Assembly: GCF_006345805.1 (NCBI RefSeq)
Contig: NW_021833463.1
Location: 1-37,699, forward strand
DNA from: Octopus sinensis
Taxonomy: Eukaryota
DNA: 37,699 bases
Reading direction: 5' to 3'
Made by a program: the position numbers and the translations under genes. Below are positions 1-11,452 of this stretch, piece by piece (positions within the stretch are counted from its first letter, which is position 1; the number at the start of each line of letters is the position of its first letter). The notes beneath the pieces were generated by a model, which saw only the letters and a list, made by a program, of their open reading frames with translations, did not search any database and had not been told where the DNA came from.

Positions 1-643
1 ATCTATTTTACGGAGTTAATCTTCTTTGTGTAGTGGCGTTGGATTGCCTCAAGTTCCACCGCCAATTTCACACTCTGCGGCGAACACAGTTAAGAACAGT
101 AATCTTGGCGACTGAGGAAAACTGTGCTCCATAAGAGTAGCGAGGTATCCTTATTTCTGGTTCTGAATGATCTCAGGATCCATCCAGCTACTCGCCAGCT
201 AGGAGATACCATCCTAGCAATATGCACATAAAATGTTGCATCACTACTCAGGTGGATTCCTAGGTCACGCACCGATTCTAAACCCTGGGATTGCACTGCC
301 CCCTTGTCCTATGTTTTCCAATTGTAGTCTATTTGTGGGCCGAGAGCGGAGTACTTGAGACTTATCAGCACTGAGCTGCATGTTATTTATATCAGCCCAT
401 TTATATATTGCATGGAGGCCATTTTGAAGTTTTGCTGTCATCAGTGTCTGAGACACTTTGAATTATCGTCGTAGCTGGTGAAAGTAGCCGACAGTACGAT
501 TGACGGCTTGTCTGAGAGATCCACAACAAACAGTAGTGCTCCCAAAACAGCTCCCTGCGGAACTCCGCTGCGAGTTGATGTGTCTCCAGAGGAAGCACCA
601 TTGGCTGCAACTGCCTGATTTTTGTCCTTTAAAAATCAGGCAG
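1..643 (-). mobile_element. Degenerate CR1/L2-type (Jockey group) LINE, reverse transcriptase C-terminal half
   Basis: Minus-strand translation across frameshifts gives DKNQAVAANG..SGVPQGAVLGALLFVV.LSD (RT motif), TSYDDNSK (decayed YADD), LQNGLHAIYKWADINNMQLSADKSQVL, VRDLGIHLSSD..F..HI, GWILRSFRTR, DYCS*LCSP..LEAIQRHYTKKI. It runs off the window start. Confidence 0.9.
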
Positions 644-661
644 TTTTTGTCCTACATACAT

Positions 662-664
662 ACC

Positions 665-721
<57 letters not shown>

Positions 722-1008
722 AAGATAGATAGATAAATAGATAGCTAGATAGGCAGACAGATGTAATGATAGATTAAAAGAGTGATAGTTAGATAAATAG
801 ATAGAGACACAGTTAGATATATATATATGTATATATGCATGTATGTATGTATTATATATGCATGCATGTATGTGTATGTATGTATGTATGTATATATGTA
901 TGTATGTATGTATGTATGTGATTCTGTACGTATGTATGTGATTCTGTACGTGTACGTGTGTGTAAGATAGAGAGGTGGAGAGAGCAAGACAGAGACAATG
1001 AGCTAGAG

Positions 1009-1075
<67 letters not shown>
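662..1075. repeat. Compound microsatellite (GACA)n/(GATA)n/(TATG)n/(GA)n
   Basis: Directly visible tandem repeats. Confidence 0.95.
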
Positions 1076-1081
<6 letters not shown>

Positions 1082-1416
1082 AGAACAGCAAAAATTGTGT
1101 AGAATCGTCCCCAGTAAATCACCGGTCTTTATTTCTCGACCCGTAAGATTGAAATGCAAAAATTTCGCAAATCGTTATAACAGGGGCCTCAATAGATATG
1201 GAAATAAATTTGCTGTTACAACAATAACTTATCAAATTTTAGTGGAGTTTAAATCGAACTTGGTACTTTATACAATATACATAGGAACTATATGAAAATA
1301 TATTGATATTTTGAGAGAAAATAAACTGAATTAATCCTAACAAAATATATGCCAGACCTACCGAAGTAATTACTTAAATATATTCACATCAATATACAAA
1401 TATTACAATAAATTCA

Positions 1417-1431
1417 TATATATATATATAT

Positions 1432-1492
<61 letters not shown>

Positions 1493-1493
1493 C

Positions 1494-1526
<33 letters not shown>

Positions 1527-1625
1527 TAGATATATACACATATATACACATGTATATATATATATATATACATATGTATAAATATATATATATATATATA
1601 TATATACTCACATGAATATATAAAT
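1417..1625. repeat. (TA)n/(GATA)n microsatellite
   Basis: Directly visible. Confidence 0.95.
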
Positions 1626-2248
1626 ATCAAAAAAATTCATACATGTCTTCACATGAATATATACATATTAATAAATGAATGCATCCATATATTCACCTGA
1701 ATATATTCAAGTAATTATTTAAAAGTGTCTAGCCAATATATAACTTTTGGTGTCATTGTGTTTTAGTTGTATTATTTTTACACTCACATCACGTACAAGT
1801 GAGTCTACTCTAAATTAATTATATGATACAGAAGTCTATCTCGGGGGTATTGTAACATCTACATAATATTGATAAACACACCCAGCATTCCTGTATATAA
1901 ATTGACCGTGCTAAATGAAACCAGTTGCCAATGAATATCTTTTATTTATAAAGCCTTACTAAGTGAAAACATGTACGTTGTTTTCGCGAAGTGGCGAACA
2001 GAACAAGGATTACCACTATTGACTGTTGTATGTTATTGACTGTTGTTGCTCAACATTTGGATCAGCTGTTATTGTAGAAACTATATCCACTTGCTTCCTG
2101 TTTTTAGATTTAAATACTCTGAACATGAGCTGTTAATGCGAAGATAATCTCTAACGAATGATTGTTCGGTACTCGATATATGATTTATACGAGACGACTT
2201 CATACTGAACGTTCTGGTGATTTTCCCTTTATCCAATGTTGTTACATA

Positions 2249-2380
2249 TTGTTTGTTCCTTCTCGAGCCACGCCTGGCTCATCAGGGCCGGTTTCCCGGT
2301 TTCCTTGGAGCATAGGCTCCCCACCTGGACGGGACCCCAGTCCATCGCAGGTGAGCTGCAAGCTGGAGGAGGAAAGAGTG
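2249..2380 (-). mobile_element. 3' fragment of SINE type C1
   Basis: Reverse complement matches the 3' ends of the copies at 12005-12286 and 15718-16051 (gcagctcacc..ccaaggaaaccggg..gagccaggcgtggctcgagaagg + CAA-like tail). Confidence 0.85.
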
Positions 2381-2386
2381 TGTGTG

Positions 2387-2430
<44 letters not shown>

Positions 2431-2816
2431 TGTGAATGTCTGTGTGTATGTTTCTGGCTGTCTGTCTATCTGTATGTATGTATGTATGTATGTATGTATG
2501 TATGTATGTATGTATGTATGCATATAAGTATCTATCTAAGTATGCACGTGCGTGTGTATATAATGATGTAATGATAGTTATGCTATTACACAGTTGCTTG
2601 TAGTTAATTTCAGTTGGGTAGACTGATCTAACGTAAAGCGCAACCCCTTGTTCCAAGACATGTGGCACCCGGTCCCCGAATCGTACCCAAGACGTTATGA
2701 TTTTCAAGCTCAACAAGCACAAGCAATCGCTCTAACCACCAGACTACGAGGATGGGGGGTCGTACGCGCGCGCGTACAGACAAATGCAAAAACCCGCACG
2801 TATATATGCATGTATT

Positions 2817-3229
2817 CTTTTCTTTTATTCTTTTACTCGTTTCAGTTAATTGACTGCAGCCATGCTGGAGCACCGCCTTTAGTCGAACAATCGACACCAG
2901 AACTTATTCTTCGTAAACCTAGTACTTATTCTTTCGGTTTCTTTTGTCGAACTGCTAAGTTACGGGGACGTAAACACACCAGCATCGGTTGTCAAGCGAT
3001 TTTGAGGGGGTCAAAGACAGATCCAAGTGCATTTATATATATATATACACACACATATATATATATACATACATACACGACGAGTTTCTTTCAGCTTCCG
3101 TCCACCAAATCCACTCACAAGGTCGTAGTCGGCCGGAGGCTATAGTAGAAGACACATGCGCAAGGTGTCACGCAGTGTGACTGAACTCAGAACGATCTGG
3201 TTGGTAAGCAAGCTTCTTACCACTCCTGC
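2817..3229 (-). mobile_element. SINE type A (tRNA-like head, internal microsatellite, CORE-like 3' half)
   Basis: Matches the copies at 11206-11790, 18571-18980 and 25207-25657; internal (TA/CA)n near 3030-3075. Confidence 0.9.
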
Positions 3230-3231
3230 TA

Positions 3232-3295
3232 CTACACACACACACAGACACACACACACACACACACATACACACACACACACACACGCACACAC

Positions 3296-3342
<47 letters not shown>

Positions 3343-3423
3343 AAGAAAGATTGAGCCAGAAGGACGAAGAAGCGAGACTGAGATAAAAAGGTGTCAAATA
3401 GGAAATAGAATGATAGTTAGATG

Positions 3424-3505
<82 letters not shown>

Positions 3506-3560
3506 GAGAGAGAGTAAGAGGGAGTGAGGGAGTGAGGAAGAGAGTATGAGGGAGAGAAAC
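3232..3560. repeat. (CA)n/(TA)n/(GATA)n/(GA)n microsatellites
   Basis: Directly visible. Confidence 0.9.
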
Positions 3561-4137
3561 TCATATGCATGGGTTGTGTGTTTGTGTATAATTAAAGTAA
3601 CTCCAGCGACATATTTCGATTCACCACTGTAACATTATATGGCGTGGCAACACCGAAACGAAATTTATGTTACACGCATACTTTTTTTATTGACCCTTCT
3701 ATAGGTCGGATTTAAATATTAAACCAAAAACCATTCCGCAACTGGAACGAAATCTATACAAAAACTATAGAAAATATTTAGTGAAAAAAATAACAAGAAA
3801 ATTTTTCAGAAACCCATAAATTATTTCAGTGTGGAACCTTGTAAATTGTATATTCATATTGCAGAATATAATTTATATTATATTACATATTGACATAAAA
3901 AAGCAATAAATTTCCAACGCTAATAGGAATAACACTGTTATCAAATTTGATATAATTACGGTATAATGGAATAACAGTAAAATAATGTAGCTGAGAAATA
4001 TATATAATATATATTATATATATATATATATATATAATATATTATATATAATATATATATATATATATATATTATCAATAAAGAGGGTGACCACTACGTG
4101 GACAACCCTTATGCTAGAAGTAGATCCGTATTGGACT

Positions 4138-4935
4138 TACCTATTTATTTACTACCCACAAGGGCTAAACACAGAGGGGACAAACAAAGACAGACAAACG
4201 GATTATGTCGATTACATTGACCCCAGTGCGTAACTGGTACTTATTTAATTGATCCAAAAATAATAAATGGTAAAGTCGACTTCGACGGAATTTCAGCTCA
4301 GAACATAAAGACGACGAAATATATATATTTTTTACTACCCACAAGTGGCTAAACACAGAGAGGACAAACAAGGACAGACAAACGGATTAAGTCGATTATA
4401 TCGACCCCAGTGCGCAACTGGTACTTATTTAATTGACCCCGAAAGGATGAAAGGCAAAGTCGACCTCGGCAGAATTTGAACTCAGAACGTAACGGCAGAC
4501 GAAATACCGCTAAGTAATTTGCCCGGCGTGCTAACGTTTCTTATTTCTTTATTGTCCACAAAGGGCTAAACATAGAGGGAACAAACAAGGACAGACAAAT
4601 AGATTAAGTCGATTATATGGAGCCCAGTGCGTAACTGGTACTTAATTTATCGGCCCCGAAAGGATGAAAGGCGTACCGACTTCGCCGAAATGTGAACTCA
4701 GAACGTAACGGCTGACAAAATACCTATTTCTTTACTACCTACAAGGTTCTAAACACAGAGAGGACAAACAAGGACAGACAAACGGATTAAGTCGATTTTA
4801 TCGACCCCAGTGCGTAACTGGTACTTAATTTATCGACCCCGAAAGGACGAAAAGCAAGTCGACCACGGCAGAATTTGAACTCAGAACTTAAGCATTTCGT
4901 CCGGCGTGCTAACCCTTCTGCCAGCTTGCTGCCTT
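4138..4935 (-). mobile_element. Tandem array of four SINE type B (CORE-domain) units
   Basis: Head ggcagcaagctggcagaa at 4933, then four ~180-215 bp units, each with gtcgactttgcctttcatcctttcggggtcgataaattaagtaccag or a variant (CORE-like). Confidence 0.9.
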
Positions 4936-5529
4936 TCAGTTCCATTGCTCTGATTGGCATGCTATAGTCTACTTAAATTTGCTATATCATTTTATCATAG
5001 ATTTTACTATCTGAAAGCACCTCACAGAAAGCAAACATTGAAGATAGCGTTACAATGAACAATCAGTACAAATGCTAGAAATCGCAACCAAATCTCCCTA
5101 CTGACGAAAGGATTGAAAGACGTTTTAGATAACTCATAGGAGAAAACAAAAGACAAATTACAAAAAAAAAAAAAACATGATCAGGGAGTGAAATCCATTT
5201 GAACATACATCTGACCATGGGCTAAAAAAATCGGTACAATATATGACTAAGAACCAGCTGAGCAGCTGTAAAACTTTAATTAAGCTTAATCCGCTAAGAC
5301 ATTAATTATATTCCCCATTAGCCTTATTCGTAGAATGAATGAATTTATTGGAAATTATATTTCCTCTGCAATTTGTTCCAAATACGGAGATATAATATCT
5401 AAATATTTAATAGAGAGAAAGATTTGAAGCAATATGTTATAACACTCAGCGATTATTTCAAAACGGACCAAATTACGTCATCATAATACATTAGGCTGTA
5501 TTATATATACGACATTGTATGCATCCATC

Positions 5530-5665
5530 TATACATACACATAGAATATATATATATATATATATAATATATATATATATATACGGACATAAATGCATCT
5601 ATCTATATATAAATGAGTGTGCATGTGTTTGAGTATCGTGTGTCTAAGTTTATATCTGTGTATGC

Positions 5666-5707
<42 letters not shown>

Positions 5708-6002
5708 TCATACACAGTTACGAAATATATGTATATATATTTGTTTGTATGCGTGTGTATTTGTGTGTGTATGTGTGTGTAACTGCCATGTTGGAAACCG
5801 AACGTAGAAGGAAAATGAAATATGACAGAAACAAAGAAAAAATTATATATTAACAAACGAAATAATAATAATTATAATAACAATAATAACAATAATAATA
5901 ATAATAACAATAATAACAATAATGATAATAACAACAATAATAACAATAATAATAGCAACAACAACAACAACAAAAGCAATAGTAATAATAATAATAATGA
6001 TG

Positions 6003-6066
<64 letters not shown>

Positions 6067-6125
6067 TAATATTAATGATAATAGAAATAAGAACGAATCT
6101 GAAGCAAACCAAAATAATAATAATA
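5530..6125. repeat. (TA/CA)n followed by (AAT/AAC/GAT)n microsatellites
   Basis: Directly visible. Confidence 0.9.
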
Positions 6126-6149
6126 AAATATTTCTCTCTTAATTTTTAT

Positions 6150-6525
6150 GCTATATTTTTCACTTTGATTCTTTTTAGGTATTGTGAAGAATGCAAAATA
6201 TCTTATGCTGCAGAAGAACGTGTTGAAATTGTGTTGCGTTGGCAAGAAACCGTCAGAAGATTCCCTCAAAACACTTCAAAAATTTGTTGGATTTCTTCGA
6301 AGAAAATACTGGTTCCTTAACACCTGAAAGGTGTCAAAATGTCATTCCAGGTTTCCATTAAGGATTGTGAATTTGCCTTTTAAAATAGTGACTCATCTGT
6401 TAAAAAAATATTAATATTTTTTTTTTTCTTGTGGTCCTTGTTTCCTTCGCTGATAAAAGAATTCCTTTTGATTTCAATTTATTTTGAGATTCGAATCTGT
6501 AACATTCTTTATGTAATCACCACAT
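6150..6525 (+). mobile_element. Internally deleted Tc1/mariner-like relic
   Basis: An N-terminal-like YAAEERVEIVL..QETVRRF is joined to a C-terminal-like LTPERCQNVI.GFH..L.IC. The right end tgtaacattcttttatgtaatcacc resembles ITm termini. The left TIR is not visible. Confidence 0.45.
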
Positions 6526-6839
6526 GAACACGCAAAGCCAGATGCTCTCGCAAACTCACGCACTCACATAAGCACGTACGCATGCGCGAACGTACGCACG
6601 CACACACACACATACACACACACACACACACAAAAGCGTATATATATAAATATATATATATATATAAACATGCATACATTGCATAGGTGATAACTTCATA
6701 TCTGAGTAAAGTTTTAAGTATACTCAAGCACATTCACACATCAAGCATGCACACATCAAATATTATTACGTAACTGGAATGTTACATATACGTACATGTC
6801 TGTATATTTGTATATATGGACCGCTAAAGCACTGAAATC

Positions 6840-7009
6840 TACTTCTTCTTTTTTTCATTCTCTTTCTGTTTTTTTCCCTTATTTCTTTCTGTTGAAGAGC
6901 GTAGGCTCGAAACGTAAAAGACTTTTTCATTTTTCCTGTAACTCAAACTATTACACTTGCTTGTTTTTCATACACCTATTTTCATCTTGTTTTTTTTTTT
7001 TATAAGTTT

Positions 7010-7012
<3 letters not shown>
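6840..7012 (+). mobile_element. Probable Penelope-like terminal (pLTR) fragment with hammerhead-like motif
   Basis: T-rich context with ctgttga-agagc-gtag-gctc-gaaacgta at 6889-6916, a T-rich tail and then (TA)n. The family assignment is inference. Confidence 0.5.
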
Positions 7013-7045
<33 letters not shown>

Positions 7046-7054
7046 CTAAATGTA

Positions 7055-7192
7055 CGATGGATGAAAGAAGTTTATAGTGACGAAGCACCACCATAGGACG
7101 TAGTCAAGCACTGGTATCGCCTGTTCAAATATGGTCCTATTCCTGGATGACTACATTTCCCCATTGATTCAGACACCATCCATAAATTGTTA
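7055..7192 (+). mobile_element. mariner transposase N-terminal (HTH) relic
   Basis: From 7061: MKEVYSDEAPP*DVVKHWYRLFKYG-PIPG*..IDSDTIHK resembles the mariner VYG..A.S...V..W...FK.G motif; it contains in-frame stops. Confidence 0.7.
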
Positions 7193-7199
7193 TTCTTTC

Positions 7200-7395
7200 A
7201 CTTTTGACACATAATATTGTAAGGGATAAGAGATTGCTCCGGGCTCGCATTAGGCAGGAAGTTGAAAAGATTTTTGCCCACGACACACCATGTACCATAA
7301 ATAAGGCATGTGTAAAATTTGAATGAAATCGGTTGAATAATTCTCGACTTTTATTGATGCACTCATACAGGAAGACACACACATTCTCAGTTTAA
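7200..7395 (-). mobile_element. Probable non-autonomous Helitron 5' region
   Basis: The minus strand reads (TA)n-aaactgagaatgtgtgtgtc..tcaaccgatttcattcaaattttacac, the same layout (microsatellite, then ccgatt..tcaaattt) as at 24126. Terminal TC/CTRR were not found. Confidence 0.35.
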
Positions 7396-7991
7396 TGTAT
7401 ATATATATATATATATATATTTATTTATATATATATATATATTGCCATATATCTAATATAATGAAATAAATTATAATGACGTAATTTGATACAAATATTA
7501 CATAATTGATATAAATTATAGGAAAATGTATATTAATACAACAACAATATCTGCTTATTAAATAACATGATAAATTCTCATCGCAGGTGAAATATCATTT
7601 CCAATAAATTTGTCCATTCTCTGAGTATGATTTCAATGATATAGAGATAAATGTCATGTGAGGACAAATTTACAGTTGCTTAGTAAACTGACAGTAATAT
7701 TGTCTACTGATTGGTATTTGGTATCAGGTTAGTCTTGCTAATGCATACCTAGTATATGAAATGAGTTTTAGTTCGAGCAATCCATCATTTTACGTTCTGA
7801 GCATTTATGTTCTCCAGTATGTGTTTTAGCTGGATATACATGAGATTTAAAAAAGATTTAGCTTGCTATTTCTAGCTGACCGAGGGACCTTATGGAGATC
7901 TCCTCTTTAACTTGTCTAAGTAAATTGAAACTTTTATCTTCAATCCTTGTAAGTGTGACTTTTGTAGGCGTAAAATCTTTCATCACGTAAT

Positions 7992-8053
7992 GAAGGAAGA
8001 CCTATACTGATGAGGTTCATTTTGACCGAAACAACCTGACATTTGTCTCCTTT
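7992..8053 (+). ncRNA. Type-I hammerhead ribozyme motif, core intact, stem I disrupted
   Basis: CTGATGA 8007-8013; stem II GGTT/GACC (8014-17/8024-27); GAAA 8028-31; stem III ACAA/TTGT (8031-34/8043-46); GUC triplet 8045-47. Confidence 0.7.
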
Positions 8054-8210
8054 GCCTGCAAAGATCGTATTTTTTCTTTTACGAGAGTAAATTAGTTTAT
8101 TTATATGGTTTTTCACTTTCCTGAGATTCTCTTTGTTTTTCTAATGCGAGTCTTAGCAACTTCCACTAGAGTTTACGCTTCCTATTCCAAGTAGAAATTT
8201 CAAAGAAACA

Positions 8211-8220
8211 TATTATTATT

Positions 8221-8271
<51 letters not shown>

Positions 8272-8318
8272 GTCATCGTCATCGTCATCGTCGTCGTCGT
8301 CGTCGTTGTCGTCGTCGT

Positions 8319-8349
<31 letters not shown>

Positions 8350-8381
8350 CTTCTTCTTCTTATTATTATTATTATTATTAA

Positions 8382-8442
<61 letters not shown>

Positions 8443-8443
8443 T
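8211..8443. repeat. Compound trinucleotide tract ATT-ATC-GTC-GTT-CTT-ATT
   Basis: Directly visible and largely in phase. Confidence 0.95.
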
Positions 8444-8852
8444 TGTGAGTACAACCTACTACATATAACCCATTTACTTCTCTGCTTATTTTGGATTACT
8501 CAATTAATTTTCCTTTTCCTTTATCCCCACTCTTTTCCCTTTTTCATTAAAAAAAAAAACTGATCCGAAACGTCAACGTTTATTTACTTCATTCGTTTAG
8601 CTTATCGTCGGTCGTTTTTATATGTTGCGATATCATTATATATTTGTCCCAACTAATTTATTAATTTAAAATCTGTGTATACTTGTGGAACTATTCATTT
8701 GTATATACAAATGTATTTGGTTAATGTCCACCCCGAACTGAACTACTTTCTCAGATTATAATGTCGACTCTCTCAGACAGCCATTTTCGAGTCCTTTCGA
8801 TTGCAATCTAAGATTATATCGTATCCATAATATTTAATTTGTTGCATCATAT

Positions 8853-8931
8853 ACGCACACACACACACACACACAGGGATATACACACATATGTAAACAT
8901 ATCTATCTATCAGTCAATCAATATATATCTG

Positions 8932-9026
<95 letters not shown>

Positions 9027-9108
9027 GTCTGTCTATCTATCTATCTATCAATCTACCTATCTATCTATCTATCTATCATACATCAGTCAATCAATATATC
9101 TGCCTGTA

Positions 9109-9139
<31 letters not shown>

Positions 9140-9174
9140 TTATCTGTTTATATGTCTGTCTATCTATCGACCTG

Positions 9175-9217
<43 letters not shown>

Positions 9218-9270
9218 ATATAATATATATGTATTATATGTACACATACATATATATACATACATACACA
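8853..9270. repeat. (CA)n/(TATC)n/(TA)n microsatellite
   Basis: Directly visible. Confidence 0.95.
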
Positions 9271-9865
9271 CATATGGTTACATGACTCTTCGTGCCCAGT
9301 ACCCTACATTTTATACACAAAATAAATCTGTTGGGAGAGAGATCGGGAACAATAACTAAATAAATAAATAAATAAATACAGCGAAAAAGTAAACGACAGA
9401 TAGACTGAAGTAGAGAAAATAAAAAGAGTTTGCGCTTGTGTGTAATTGTATGTTAAGAAAACGTATATCGGCCACTGGAGCGTTCAACATCATGTCGCCA
9501 TTGTCTTGTAACAAAACGTCTGATAAAGCTCATAGATACACTCGCCACATTTTGATAAAAGACATGAAATAACAACAACAACAACAAGAACAAAAAGAAA
9601 ATAGAAGTAAAAAAAAATATATATGCAGAATAATAACAACAAAATGTAGAAGAACAGTAATAATAATAATAATAAGAAGAAAATCAACATTATACAAAAT
9701 CAAATCTACATTGAAGTAAACGATATATATGAATTAAAATGAAAGGAAGGAGAAACATAATGGACGACTTGTTGATTATATTCCGTCGTCTTGTGAAAAT
9801 ATGTTTTTATATCTATACTTGTGAATAAGTGGTAATGACAATGAAAATAAGAATGGAAAGAAAAA

Positions 9866-9866
9866 C

Positions 9867-9910
<44 letters not shown>

Positions 9911-10024
9911 CACTGCTGCAAAATACTAGTAAAAGTAGCAGTAGTTGTACTAGTAGCAGCAGAAGAAGAAGAAGAAGAAGTAGTAGTAGTAGTAGTAGTA
10001 GTATTATTAGTAGTAGTATTACTA

Positions 10025-10066
<42 letters not shown>

Positions 10067-10130
10067 TTACTATAATAATATAATAATAATAATAATAGTA
10101 AGAACAAATATGATAATGATAATAATCAAA

Positions 10131-10181
<51 letters not shown>

Positions 10182-10550
10182 GTGATGATGATGGTGATGA
10201 TGATGATTTTCATTATAATCATTATGATGATGATAATGATAAGCATGACAGTGATGATGATGATGATGATGATGATTGATGATGATGATGGTTGTGGTGA
10301 TGATGGTGATAATGATGATGATAATGATTTTGATGATGACGACAATGATATGCATGACGGTGATGATAATGATAATGACGACGATGATGATGAGGATGAT
10401 GATGATGATGACGACGATGATGATGGTGATGATGGTGACGTCTACAACGACGACGACGACGACGACGATGATAATAACAACAGCAAAAACAACAGCAGCA
10501 AGAACAACAACAAAACAACAACAACAACAACAATAACGATTATAATAATG
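9866..10550. repeat. Compound trinucleotide tracts (GAT, AGA, AGT, ACT, AAT, GAC, AAC)
   Basis: Directly visible. Confidence 0.95.
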
Positions 10551-10932
10551 GAGGTGGGGGGGGGGGGAGAGAGAGTGCTTTTTTCGGTGACAGGAGCAGG
10601 GACGGTTACAAGGACAAATTACACAAACGGTGTGTTTGGTGTACACCTAGAGTTATAGAGAATATGATGCCAAATAAAAAAAACAAACACAATATGGAAA
10701 AAAACAAACAATAACTGGAGAGGGGATGATGGTGGTGGTGGTGCTGGTGGTGGAGGAGGAAGAAGTGAGCAAGATTACAAGGACAAGTTTCAATGATAAC
10801 TGGTTTTGGCGAAACGGTAAAAGACGTTTAATATCATGCACCATGGAGCAATAAGGTTGTCTTTTGAGAGTAACTTTAATTCCTATTGTGCGTATCCAGC
10901 CAAAGACTCGCTCATGCGCAACAGTGTATGAA

Positions 10933-11205
10933 TATGTATGCATGTATGCATGTATGTATTAATGTATGTATGTATGTACGTATGTATGTATGTATGTATG
11001 TATGTACGTATGTATATATGTATGTATGTGTATATGTATCTATGTATGTACTTACGTACATATTTATGTATGTATATATGTATGTATGTACGTACGTTTG
11101 TATGTATATATGTATATTTGTATATATGTATGTATATATGCATGTATGTATGTATGTATGTATGTATGTATGTATGTATGTATGTATGTATGTATGTGTG
11201 TATAT
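10933..11205. repeat. Interrupted (TATG)n microsatellite
   Basis: Directly visible. Confidence 0.95.
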
Positions 11206-11387
11206 AGGCGTAGGAGTGGCTGTATGGTAAGTAGCTTTTTTACCAACTACATGGTTCCGGGTTCAGTCCCACTGCGTGGCACCTTGGGCTGGTGTCTTCT
11301 ACTATAGCCTCGGGCCGACCAAAGCCTTGTGAGTGGATTTGGTAGACGGAAACTGAAGAAGCCCGTCGTATATATATATATTATATA

Positions 11388-11452
<65 letters not shown>

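Noticed and set aside
2262-2288. Minus-strand ctgatgagccaggcgtggctcgaga
   Set aside because: This is part of the SINE C1 tail. It has GAGA rather than GAAA, other copies read ctatgag/ctataag, and there is no stem III.
4138-4935. CRISPR-like or satellite interpretation of the regular repeats
   Set aside because: The context is eukaryotic, the units are ~180-215 bp SINE bodies without unique spacers, and there are no cas genes.
5098-5128. cta-CTGACGA-aaggatt-GAAA-gacgttt-tag hammerhead-like string
   Set aside because: The core words are present, but stems II and III are only 2 bp (one G-U). This is compatible with chance, so it is not called.
8560-8576. ctgatccgaaacgtc, possible hammerhead remnant
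   Set aside because: The core is incomplete, stem II is absent and there is no stem I pairing.
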